From Basidiobolus meristosporus CBS 931.73 (Eukaryota > Fungi > Basidiobolomycota), in contig MCFE01000252.1 in assembly GCA_002104905.1 (NCBI GenBank), positions 1 through 64,000 on the forward strand: a stretch of 64,000 nt of DNA, given 5' to 3'. The translations under genes and the position numbers were made by a program. The notes beneath the pieces were generated by a model. That model did no database searches. It worked only from the letters and a program-made list of their open reading frames with translations, and was not told the DNA's origin. Every line of letters begins with the position of its first letter. The stretch's first letter is position 1. Shown here one piece after another: positions 48,927 to 59,667 of this stretch.

Positions 48927-50783
48927 ATGGATCTACCTTTACCAGGAATGCAAGGAACCCCTTTCTTTGATGGAACTAAAGTTAAAGCTTTCATCAAGAG
49001 GTGGGAGCTTTTCTGCAGAGCCCACAAAATACCTGAGGCCATTATGGCTGAAGAGATGCCCCCCTACAGCACTGATGAGATCATGCTCTCATTATATGAA
49101 AGAAATGATCTGCTGACAAATTGGACCCTCTTGAAGAGCTACTTGATTGATGAATATGGAGAGAGACAAGTTGACTACACACTTCAAGACTTGGAGAACT
49201 TTGCTTATAGCAAGTTTAAGCTGCTACCATTGAAAGAATACTTGAGTGGCCTTGAGCAAATTGGAGAGTCACTGAAAGCCCAAGGAGTTATAACTGATCT
49301 CACTTTATCTGCCTATCTTCTCAGAGCACTACCAGAAGACCTGGTGAGAAGGATTGAAAACAATCCTACTGTGAAAGCTATGAGTTCACTGCCTGCATTT
49401 CAGTTAGCTAAGCAGATTCTACTTGCCCCTGAAGAAACCTCACCAATCAGAAAGCTTCTTTCAAGCTCAGCACAAAACCAAGATAGCCAAGACTTACTTC
49501 ATCCCAGTAATCAAAGCACTCAAATTCAGGAGCTGACACAGCAAATAGAGAAACTCTCTTTGCTACTCACCAGCAAAGCATATGGGCAGAAGCCAGTAGA
49601 GAAAGAAGTCAAATATACATGCATGTGGTGTGACTCTGCCAACCATTCCAAGAGAAATTGCCAAGAGCTTCAGTCATTACTATCCACAGGTGATGTCCTA
49701 TATAGTCCTCAGGGATACATAGTCAGTAAGCATGGTGACAAATTATCCACAGCATTTGGACAAGGAGGAATGAGAGTTCACTACAAGCAAGTCACCTCTC
49801 ATACAAGAAAGGTTCAACTCCATGAAGAAGAAGATCCTGACTACTTTGATCCAGCTGAAGTTCTGAACTTTGACTATGAGGACCCCAGAGAGGCCCAAGA
49901 TCATATAGCTTCAATTTATGCTTCAAAGAGACACCATCCTGAAAAAATGGCTAATCCAGGCCCAGCAACAAAAGTACCAAGATGTGAGCCAGAAGTTGTG
50001 ATTGAGAAGAAAGCATCACCCCCATTAATTTTACAAGAGTCTGCCAAGGCCAACAACTACCACATGCAGCCTAGAGTCAAGCAAAATGGTACCCCAGAGG
50101 CTCTGACAAGTCATATACTAGGAAGCAACATATCAATCAAGGTTGGAGAGCTACTCAGTGTATCACCATCTGTAAGAAAGACTCTGGATGAGCATATCAG
50201 AATAAGAAAGCATCCAATTGAATCAACTCAAGGCAACCAGGTCAGGACAGTTCAAGGAAGCCAAAATATCAGTAAGCTGCATCAAAGCCAGAAACACTAC
50301 TACTCAGTGGCAACTGCAACAACTACAGGAACTGTGCATAATCAAGAAATCCTATGTCATATAGACAGTGGATCTGAGATATGTGTGATGCCTTTGGAGG
50401 CTTGGAAACAACTACCATGCAAAGACTTATTGCCCATAGACACCAATATCAATTGGAGCATGAAGGATGCCAACTCAGGGCAATCAAAGCTTTTAGGAAT
50501 TATTCACAGCTTCCCTTTCATCATTGAAGGAATACCCCATGAGATCCCAGTATTCATATGTGCAAAGGCTAACTTTGAATTACTTCTTGGAAGACCATGG
50601 GAGGTAAAAGCAAGAGCAACTGCAGTGAACTACCCTGATAGTTCAGCATGGTATACTATATACTCAGAGAGCCCAGGACTAACAGCAACCTTCTGTGGTG
50701 TGGACTCAAACAATATCCGATCAATGACATCATGTAGATTTCTATCTCAAGAAAGGACAGGTGGCTTCATTGAGGAAGACTGA
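48927..50783 (+). CDS. Intact 618-aa retrotransposon Gag-aspartic protease polyprotein
   Basis: N-terminal 'PFFDGTKVKAFIKRWELFC', CCHC knuckle 'CMWCDSANHSKRNC', protease 'ILCHIDSGSEICVM' with 'LLLGRPW'. Confidence 0.93.
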   Translation: MDLPLPGMQGTPFFDGTKVKAFIKRWELFCRAHKIPEAIMAEEMPPYSTDEIMLSLYERNDLLTNWTLLKSYLIDEYGERQVDYTLQDLENFAYSKFKLLPLKEYLSGLEQIGESLKAQGVITDLTLSAYLLRALPEDLVRRIENNPTVKAMSSLPAFQLAKQILLAPEETSPIRKLLSSSAQNQDSQDLLHPSNQSTQIQELTQQIEKLSLLLTSKAYGQKPVEKEVKYTCMWCDSANHSKRNCQELQSLLSTGDVLYSPQGYIVSKHGDKLSTAFGQGGMRVHYKQVTSHTRKVQLHEEEDPDYFDPAEVLNFDYEDPREAQDHIASIYASKRHHPEKMANPGPATKVPRCEPEVVIEKKASPPLILQESAKANNYHMQPRVKQNGTPEALTSHILGSNISIKVGELLSVSPSVRKTLDEHIRIRKHPIESTQGNQVRTVQGSQNISKLHQSQKHYYSVATATTTGTVHNQEILCHIDSGSEICVMPLEAWKQLPCKDLLPIDTNINWSMKDANSGQSKLLGIIHSFPFIIEGIPHEIPVFICAKANFELLLGRPWEVKARATAVNYPDSSAWYTIYSESPGLTATFCGVDSNNIRSMTSCRFLSQERTGGFIEED

Positions 50784-52020
50784 GAGAGCACTTTGTTCTC
50801 CAAACTTACAGTGGTTAGCTAAAAAGTTTCAGGGAACTTTTTAGCTCAAGTGGGGGGTGGATGTGGTAGGGTAAACATACCTCCCACAGACAAGTTTATT
50901 CATATAGTCATTATGATATACTTATCCATATTTTATCTTATCAGTATTATCCCATTCTTCTTCTGCCCATATTATCAGTATTATCCCCATATGATGTTTA
51001 CCCTGATTAGTTATTAGCATTAGTTATCCCAGATGTTATTCAGCTTTGTGATCAGTAGATGTATCTATATAAGGCAAGTACCCGCGTCAGTACCCGTGAC
51101 ACATGACCTAGGTCTGTGTTACCATCCCTACCATTTCAATACCATATATGGTATTTCTATGTTGCACAGGTTTCAGATTACTGATTCCTGATTGGTTGAG
51201 AGTGCTGTGCCTTTTAGAACCTTCCAGGACATTCTTGGCATATTTTTAGCTCATAGTGATGTCATCAAGAATTCCACTGATACCTAGAATCTTCTAGAAC
51301 CTTGTCATTAGTAATCACTTGGCAATCAGGAAAAGTATTTAAGGGAAAGCAATCCCTCATCAATAAATCATCCCTTCTATCAGTAACACTTCTACCTTAT
51401 TGATTAGCAGCTGATCACTGCACCTGCCTTCAACAGTACATCTCAGACCTGCCATCAAGGAGCTTTTCAGGGTAGTGCACAAGACACACAGAGGCCTTTG
51501 GAGACACTTGGAGCACCTAGGAAGCTAGAGAAGCAGGAGCTTTTACCATAGTGACATATTGACAAAGACACCAGCAGTTTAGACACAGAGGTTATTGCAC
51601 CCATCAGACACCTCACACACCTTGAGTTGTGTAGCTTCTCCCTGGAGTACCTCTACACCACCACAGCGTTCCAATTTTTTTCTTGAGCAATGCATTGGCA
51701 ACTTGTCTTTTGCTTTAAGGTAAATGTAGCTGAACTCTCTGTGTTCTTTCTTCTGATACTTTGAGGCTTCTTCTCCTACACCTTTAGGATTGCATTCATT
51801 TCCCATAATAATATGCCAAAGGCCACTTTCCTGTAATATCATCTCAGCTTCATTTTCCAGCCTTGGTAGTTAGATTCATCCAACTACTCAGCAGAGGTAA
51901 AAATTCCAACTATAACAGTAGCAGACATTCCAGAGAGTGGCAGATTGGGGCTCATTACTGGCTTTAGGAGCTTTGGAGAAATTGAATGTGATTGGGAGAG
52001 CAAATAGATTATGTGGTCTT

Positions 52021-55000
52021 TGTTGTAAAAATTTGTAATTTCACCTAAATACTCACCTAACTTAGTTACTTGGATCATTACTGTCAAATCCTAGAGAATA
52101 CTGACCAAATGCCTTGTTGGAATCTACTTAGAATATTTTCACCAAAACATCTGGTGCCAAGAACATGAAATTTCCCTAAGTTGTCCAAACAGCCCCAAAC
52201 TTTGCACAAATGCTCTTGGGATCTTCCTACACCTGTTCTGTGTGCTTTTTATGGCAATATCATGTAAAAGTATAGATACTACTTATACATTCAATAGATT
52301 ACTAAGTGAAACCCCCATAATATACTTGTTCCCCTAATCACTTCCAATATCTCCAAGACTCTTACAACAGGTTATGAGCCCCAAGCTATCACTCTCTGCA
52401 ATGTCTACTGCAGCAATGACTGAAACTTTACCTCTGCAGAAAAGTTGGATGGATACAGCTACAATGTGTGGAAGTTGCAGATGATGATGCTGCTATAAGA
52501 AAGAGGTCTTTGTATATTGTCATGGGAGAACATTAGCCTCCTAAAAATGTGGGAGAGGGATTTTTAAAGTACCAGAAGAATGAACAAAGTGCCTTTAACT
52601 TTGTTTGCCTTGATATCAAGGACAATTTGCTAATTCATTGCTTAAGGGCAAAAACAGCAAAGAATGCCTGGAGGGCATTAGTTGACACCTACCAGTCATG
52701 TTCTGCTGCCAAGAAAATGTGTCTTAAATAAGAGTTCTATACAACAAAAATGCTGCCAGGAGAAGTCATGAATAATCTAATGAACAAAATTACCCTGCAG
52801 GTGGATGAGATGGAGTCTGTGGGTGAACCAGCTACTGATGAGGATGTAATAGTCAGCATCCTGAATAGCCTGACAGACAAGCTTCAGGGCTTTTTAGCTG
52901 CCCAAGAGTCCAAAACTGAAGATTTGACTTTAAATTATGTATATGGAAGGCTCCTGGATAAAGAATTAAGAAAATCAGGTGCCAAGAAGAAGGAAGAATA
53001 AAATGCTTAAATAGCCAGTAATAACCAACAAAGGAGATACCCAAGACCTTTTCAAGGAAATAGCAATTGTTTTGCAACTACTGCAAAAGGAAAGGGCACA
53101 CATCAGACCAGTGCTGGAAAAAGAGAGATAGTTAGCAGAAAAAGCCTGTATATGGAGATGTGGCAACAACTGAAGATAGAATACTCACATTTGCACTCAA
53201 TATGACCCTAAACAAGAATTCTCAGATGTGTCTAATTGACTCTGGCACATCTTAAAACTTTACCCACCAAGAAGAACTTTGTACCCAATATCAAGCAATC
53301 CCAATCAAGAAGGTTTTCATGGGTGACAATACCCTATGAAAAATAATTTGGTCCAGCAGGTGGATCCAATCCAGATCAGCTGTCAAGATCCCATCAGGAG
53401 ACTGCTATAATGCCAGTAGCTTGATATTAATGATCATCTACGCAATCTTATGATGGGATCATGACAGAGTTTTGCTAATTTTACAGCCAAGTAATGTTGA
53501 TAAAGTATAACAGTGTTTTTACAGTGTTTTGCCAAGAGTGGCATGACATTATTGCGGTCTTAGTGCACTTCTTGACTATTTAATTGGATCTAACTAGCCA
53601 GCACATCCAATTGCCTTCTATGGCAAATAACCTGACAGCATTTTGATGGCCTCTTTGCCAGCCTCTAATGGTATTTTCACAGCAGTATGGCAGCCTACTA
53701 CTAGCTCTGTATAATGCTATCATGCCAATTTACCAAATGTATGTTCTTTTTCAAGCCCCCCTTGCCAAATTCATATATTTCACTGTAGAATCACCCCTCT
53801 GTATTTGCTTTCCCACTACTACCTTGGGTATTCCACATATAGCTTGAATCAAAAGATACTTTGGCCTCCTGTTTACTAACCTCTACACACAGGCACATCT
53901 GCCGTAAATGACATAGTTCTATCACCTTAACTTTACAGCTCTTAAGTGTGAAGCATGCAAAGTTGCCATCTACCTTCTATTGCTGGTAACATATACATCT
54001 TGCAAAAATATGCTTGGTTGTTGCCACTTCTGCCACATATACCTCCTCAATATCTGCATAGAGCTTTTTGGTGTTTAGCCAATATATTCCTTCTCCCTCT
54101 TGGATTCTAGTCCCCCTTATAGGTGTGCTCTGGCACACATTTGTGTGAATTTGTGTTAAATGGTGTAGAAGTTGGCTTGTGACCAAGAGAAATCCAGCAT
54201 ACCTTGGTAGAGTTTTCTAATAAAAATTAGTTACTTGTTGTACCCAACCCAACTTTGCATTACTTAACAGATTACCCATGCAATGGGGCTCCTTAGCTAC
54301 TTAATGCCATAGGCATAGGTGTCTCCATGGGCACATCTGTCCTTGGTATTTTCCAACTCTTCCTGGCTGTCCTCCATGCACCACCTCATCACATCCATGA
54401 CAGACTTGAAGATGATATTCTAAGAAATAGCCCAAATTACTATATTAGTAAGGGTACAAATCTAGCCTATGCCTATTCAGTCCATATTGATGGGTCCCAG
54501 ATTGTAAAGAGGCCCTAAATAGCCCTCTGACAAAGTTTGAGATCTGCAATGACTGAGCAATATCAGGGCCTAATGGAAAATCAAACTTAGAACTTGGTCA
54601 AATTACCAACCAACCAAAAATCAATTGGATGCAGATAGGTCTTTAAGACAGAGTACAAGGCCAATGGTACAACTGAAAGATACAAACCAAAACTTGTGGC
54701 CAAAGGATACTCTCAAACAAAAGGACTTGACTATACTGAGACCTTTACACCAGTAGCCAAGTTTAATTCCATCAGATTAATATTGGCTATTGCAACCAAA
54801 TGTAAGTTTTCTATATATATCAAATGGATATCAGAAATGCATTTTTAAATGCCAAACTTGATGAGGATGTGTATATGCACCAGCCTGATGGGTTTGTTGA
54901 CCAAGATAACCTCCATTTGGTCTGCAAGCTTAAAAATTCTCTATATGAACTCAATCAATGACCAAGTGCCTGGAATTGCAAAATAGATTCCTATATGGAA

Positions 55001-56248
55001 TCTTTGAGTTTCAAAGGAGTAATGCTGAATATAGTATATACTTTGAGACAGATAGAGCAAATTCAGCTCTATTAGCTCTATATGTCAATGGTCTTATTTT
55101 AGCTGCCAATAACCTAGAAACATTGGAAGAGACTAAATCCAGCCTATCTAAAGAGTTCAAGATGTCCAATCTAAGAGAGCCCAGTTGCTACCTAGGGATA
55201 AAGTTCTCCATAGACAGAAGTACCCTGACTGCCATCCTAAGCCAATCCAGATATATTCAAGATATACTAAAGAAGTACCAAATGGAAGACTGTAAGCCAG
55301 CAGCTACCCCAATGGTGACAAACCTTAACTTGGTCAAAACTCATGCAAATCAAGAGAGCTTGGTTCCATCTGAAAGCCCTGACTTTCCTTATCAATCTAT
55401 GGTTGGCAGTCTGATATATATCAGGCCTGGAGCATGTCTAGATATCTCATATTCAGTGGGAGTTGTTAGCCAGCATAATCAATACTATGGATCTGATCAT
55501 ATTGCGGCATTTAAGCAGATTTTTAGATACCTAAAAGGAACTGCTGATATCTGCTTAAGATACACTTATAAGGTTTCAAAACAGGTACATGTGGGATACT
55601 GTGATGCTGATTGGGGATGAAATTTGGAAGACAGAAGATCAACCACAGTATGCACCTTTCTTTACAGCAAAGGAGCAATTTCATGGAATTCAAGAAAGCA
55701 ACCAACCATTACACTTTCTACCACAGAGGCAGAGTACATAGCAGCCTGTGAAGCTACAGCAGAAGCAATGAGGCTAAGAGAGCATTTCAAAGATTTAGGT
55801 TTATGTCAAAAAATGCCTATTACTTTATTTCTAGGTTATCAAGCATGTATACAATTAGGTAGAAATCCAGCTTTTCATGCTAGAGCCAAGCACATAGATA
55901 TTAGACATCATTTCATACATGAAGCTATAGAGAACAATTTAGTCAACTTAGATTACTATCCTGCAGATGAAATGATTGCAGACATATTTACCAAACCAGG
56001 ATTTATTTGGAATATTTTCACCAAAATATCCTGTACCCAAAACATAAGAATTCTCAAAGTTATCCAAAAAGCCCCAATCTTTACACACATGTTCTTGGGA
56101 CATTCCTAAACCCATTTCTTGAGCTTGTTATGCCAAGATTATGTAAATGTATAAATACTACTTTTACATTCAATAAATCATTAAGTAAAAACCACATTAT
56201 CTACTTGTTCTCCCAATCACTTCCAATATTTCTAAGACTCTTACAACA
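52021..56248 (+). mobile_element. Copia family A element: 5' LTR 52021-52369, PBS, gag, PR remnant, RT, RNase H, partial 3' LTR ~56000-56248; integrase region replaced by a CACTA fragment
   Basis: PBS GGTTATGAGCCC at 52370-52381; RT ORF 54958-55620; RNase H 'RKQPTITLSTTEAEY...KHIDIRHHF'. Confidence 0.9.
53300..54420 (-). mobile_element. CACTA copy F (transposase C-terminus + start of downstream ORF)
   Basis: Colinear with 39900-40690 and 24050-25050. Confidence 0.75.
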
Positions 56249-56802
56249 ATATTCACTTAAGGCTCTACTGACTGTGAGAGTAGTATTTATACTTTTGTAT
56301 GGTCTTGGAAAGACAAACATGTAATCCATGTTTAGAAAGATCCCAAAAATATGTGTGCAGAGTTTGGGGCTGTTTGGACAACTTTGAGAATTTCATGTTG
56401 TGAATATCTGATGTTTTGGTGAAAATATTCTGAGTAAATCCTGACATGGAATTTGCCTAGAATTCTCCAAGAATTGCAATCAATTATCTATGTGACTAAG
56501 CTAGGTGGACACTAAGTTGCAATTACCAGCTTTTACAACAAAACTATATAATCTACCTGTTCTCCCAATCACCTCCCATATCTTCAAACCATTTACAACA
56601 GCATACAGTCTATCTGGCAAAACAGGTGCAGATATAGTTGCAAAATCATCAGCTACAACATTGTTGTGATCTTGCAAGCACTTTGAGTATCTAAGACTCT
56701 TGCAATACAGGCAACCAAGTGACCATAGATAATAATGTGTATATGCATATCTTATAACTAAGAGGGAGGTGACTATTACATCTTAATCAGTACCTTCTAC
56801 TG

Positions 56803-57147
56803 ATGTAAGCTTTGTAATTACACCCAAATATTCACCTAACTTGGTCACTAAGATCACAGTCTACAAATCTTAGAGAATTCCAGCCAAATTCTTTGTCAGG
56901 ATTTACTTAAAATATTTTCACCATAGCATCAGGTACCCAGTACATGTAATGTTGATAGGTTGGCTAAGTAGCCCCAAACTTTGCATACATACTCTTGGGA
57001 CCTTTCTAGACATATCATATGTGTTTGTTTTGCTAAGATCTTATCAAAGTATAACTCAACCCTTACATTCAATAAATCATTAAGTGAAAACCACATAATC
57101 TACTTGTTCTCCCAATCACTTCCAGCATCTCCAAAGCTCTTACAACA
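56803..57147 (+). repeat. Decayed LTR-A copy at the edge of the TE block
   Basis: Homologous to 1354-1701; ends ctcttacaaca. Confidence 0.8.
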
Positions 57148-57562
57148 TGCACTCCAATTGATATCATCTCACCACCAACGTAGTGATATTACTAGCATTT
57201 CAATCTTTTTTTTTCTGCCAAAATAACTGCCATCGTTTTATAAGTAATTATGAAATCCTATACCCCATGCACATATGCATTTGTAGAACATCGATCACGG
57301 AAATATAATAGTATCCATCAGATTTTGGTTTGTTGATTTGTACACTTCCCTTTACTTGCAGATTCTCAAGCATATGGACTTACCCGTTGGAACAATTTTG
57401 ATGTGGACTTGACTGTATTTAAGCTTGATGGGCAGAGGAAAAGCTCGGTCAAGTACTAAGTTGCTTCATTAAATTATTTTCATATTCAAATTGCGTATTT
57501 TATTCAAGATTCAATCAAATTCCGGTTGGCCTTCTGACATCCATTTTGGTGCGAGTGGCAAT

Positions 57563-59290
57563 CTACGAGCTGAAACCGCAGTATATAGCCCCAGCACCTG
57601 ACTCTCTGCAAACTGTTCCTGTTCCGCACTGACGGGGAACCCATGCTCCGTAAACACATTCTAAGTACTCGGCGTTAGCACCCTCGACAACACATTTACT
57701 GGTATTCTCCGTACATTCAGATCCGTTGGAGCTGGTTGAGTGGGCAGGCTCGTCAACTACTGAGGATTCCGGTGTATATTGAGCAGTCTCAGTAGAACTG
57801 GAGCTTGCAACGGAATCACTCGTCTCGGACACAGTGAGTGCACTTGATGACCCCGCCTCCACAGACTGGGATATATCCGATGTAGCGCTGGAGCTTTCTG
57901 GGCTTGGTACGCTAGAGGGCAGCCCGGCAGAGGTGGTTGGGACTTGAGGCTTGGGGATGGAGTTCCCGTGAATAAGCTGCAGCACATCCAATAGTTCGTC
58001 ATTGTTATCCTGGGTAACATCCCAATACATGACTCCCTTCAATCCTTTCTCTCTTGAGAAATCCACCTTCACTTGCAGAGAGGTAGGATCATCATAAGAA
58101 ATAAAGCGTTGATCCGAGGCACGAAACAGCCAAGGGGTTTGAGTAACATTGTCGTAATACCTTGACCAGCCCTCCACCGGCGTATATGGATCTTGCTTCA
58201 GAATCTCCTCTCTTATAAACTTCCACTTCCATACCCCGGAGTAGACGCTACCCTCGTTACAGAATAGATTTGGCTCATTGGAATCCGAATTATCTCCCTT
58301 GGGTGTGACAGCGTTTTTGGCGGCATACATGCTTATCGGCTTATTGTTCATATCGGTGTCGGCAGTAAGCGAGCGTCCATAGAAAGGTAGCCCCATAACC
58401 AGCTTCTCAGCAGGGAACTTGGCTGCTGTCCAATCATTGAATGCTTGCGTGACTGAGAATGGATCGCCGTTACCGGGGGAATAGTTGAAGGGTGCGTTGG
58501 GTCCAGTGGTGCTGGACCAAGCACCGTTGATATCATAGGCCATGATATTCACATAATCCAGGTATTGTGCGAATTCGGAAACATCAGTCAGAGGGATCCC
58601 ATCAGGCCCGTCAAAGGGCTTGACTCGAACAGCAGCAGACATTAATTTACGATCATTAGGGAACTCCTTGTCCATGGCTTCCCTCAACTCCTGGAGCAAC
58701 ACCAGGTAGTTGGCTGTATCGTTTTTGTCAACAACGTTGCATTTTCCGGCCTCGCGAGCAGGATACTCCCAGTCAATGTCGATCCCGTCCAGGTCCCACC
58801 CATCTGGGTTTTCATCGTATTCTGGCTTGGTGTTCTTACGAACAAACACAAGAGCATTCTCGATGAATTTCTGGCGCAGCTGAGGGTCTTTGGCTACCGA
58901 TGAGAATGTCTGGCCTCCCGTCCACCCGCCAAGGGAAATCAGGACCTTGACTCCTTTGGGCTTTGCAAGCGACACGATCTGGCGGATCTTGTTACCATCG
59001 TAGTAGCGGTCTATAGAAATGTTGGCGGGGTCGTCTTTCTTGGTCAATATTCCGAAGCCTGGGGTACTGCAATTAGTGAGGTAGAAACGGCCAATACTAT
59101 GCAGGAATCACTTACCGTAGTTGATATGCGTCAGCTTATCGTAATTTATCGCGCTTGGATCTAATTTCCCCCACGGAACATAATAGCCAACTACGATTTT
59201 GTCAGACGCTTCACCCGATTGTGCATATGCTAACGAGCTAAGCACGGCGACAGCAGAGAGTGCGGAAATTAAATACTGGCTTAGCTTCAT
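57563..59290 (-). CDS. Secreted GH18 chitinase (556 aa, 2 exons): signal peptide, catalytic domain, Ser/Thr linker, C-terminal Cys-rich (CBM19-like) module
   Basis: Exon 1 59290-59116, 57-bp GTAAGT...CAG intron (59115-59059), exon 2 59058-57563. Motifs 'KVLISLGGW', intact catalytic 'DGIDIDWEYP', 'IMAYD', 'KLVMGLPFYG', 'GVMYWD'. Confidence 0.95.
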
Positions 59291-59667
59291 TGTTTGTTGG
59301 CTATCTCAAACAGACCCCACGCCTTATATACCCAGCTTGTGTTTATTTTTCGGAATAGCTAGTCATACAATAGCCATATTTTTAGGCTTCTAGTAGTTAT
59401 CGTTGTTTATTTTTATATGGTATTTCATAGTAGTTGATCAATTTTTTAATATGCATACACCAATCAATGGACTGCACATTCATCGGGCCATATAAACTCA
59501 TTATACTAGCAATTAACCAAAGTTCCAAGTGTAGTTCAACAAGAGCATACAGTATCCCTATCCTAGTCAAAACCCAATTCCCTAGAGTTCTTTGATGAGT
59601 GTTTAGTTTTTGAAGTTGACTCAACAACACTTTAAAACCACCACAGCTTTTTCGTATACCGACTATC
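59291..59667. promoter_or_regulatory. 377-bp divergent intergenic region (putative bidirectional promoter)
   Basis: Lies between two head-to-head ATGs; TATATAA on minus near 59322-59330 and TATAAA on plus near 59491. Confidence 0.5.

Larger units (their letters stand above)
48049..51665 (+). mobile_element. Young non-autonomous LTR retroelement (3617 bp) encoding only Gag-protease
   Basis: LTRs 48049-48852 and 50862-51665 are both 804 bp and identical by eye; TSD GCGT; PBS TGGCACCCAACGTGGGG; PPT AAGTGGGGGGTGGA; no RT, RNase H or integrase. Confidence 0.95.
47530..56540 (-). mobile_element. Minus-strand copia family A remnant (LTR, PBS, gag) hosting two nested insertions
   Basis: LTR split into 56249-56540 and 51959-52020; PBS (minus) GTAATGAGCCCC at 51947-51958; gag in 51666-51940 and 47530-48048. 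Confidence 0.72.
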
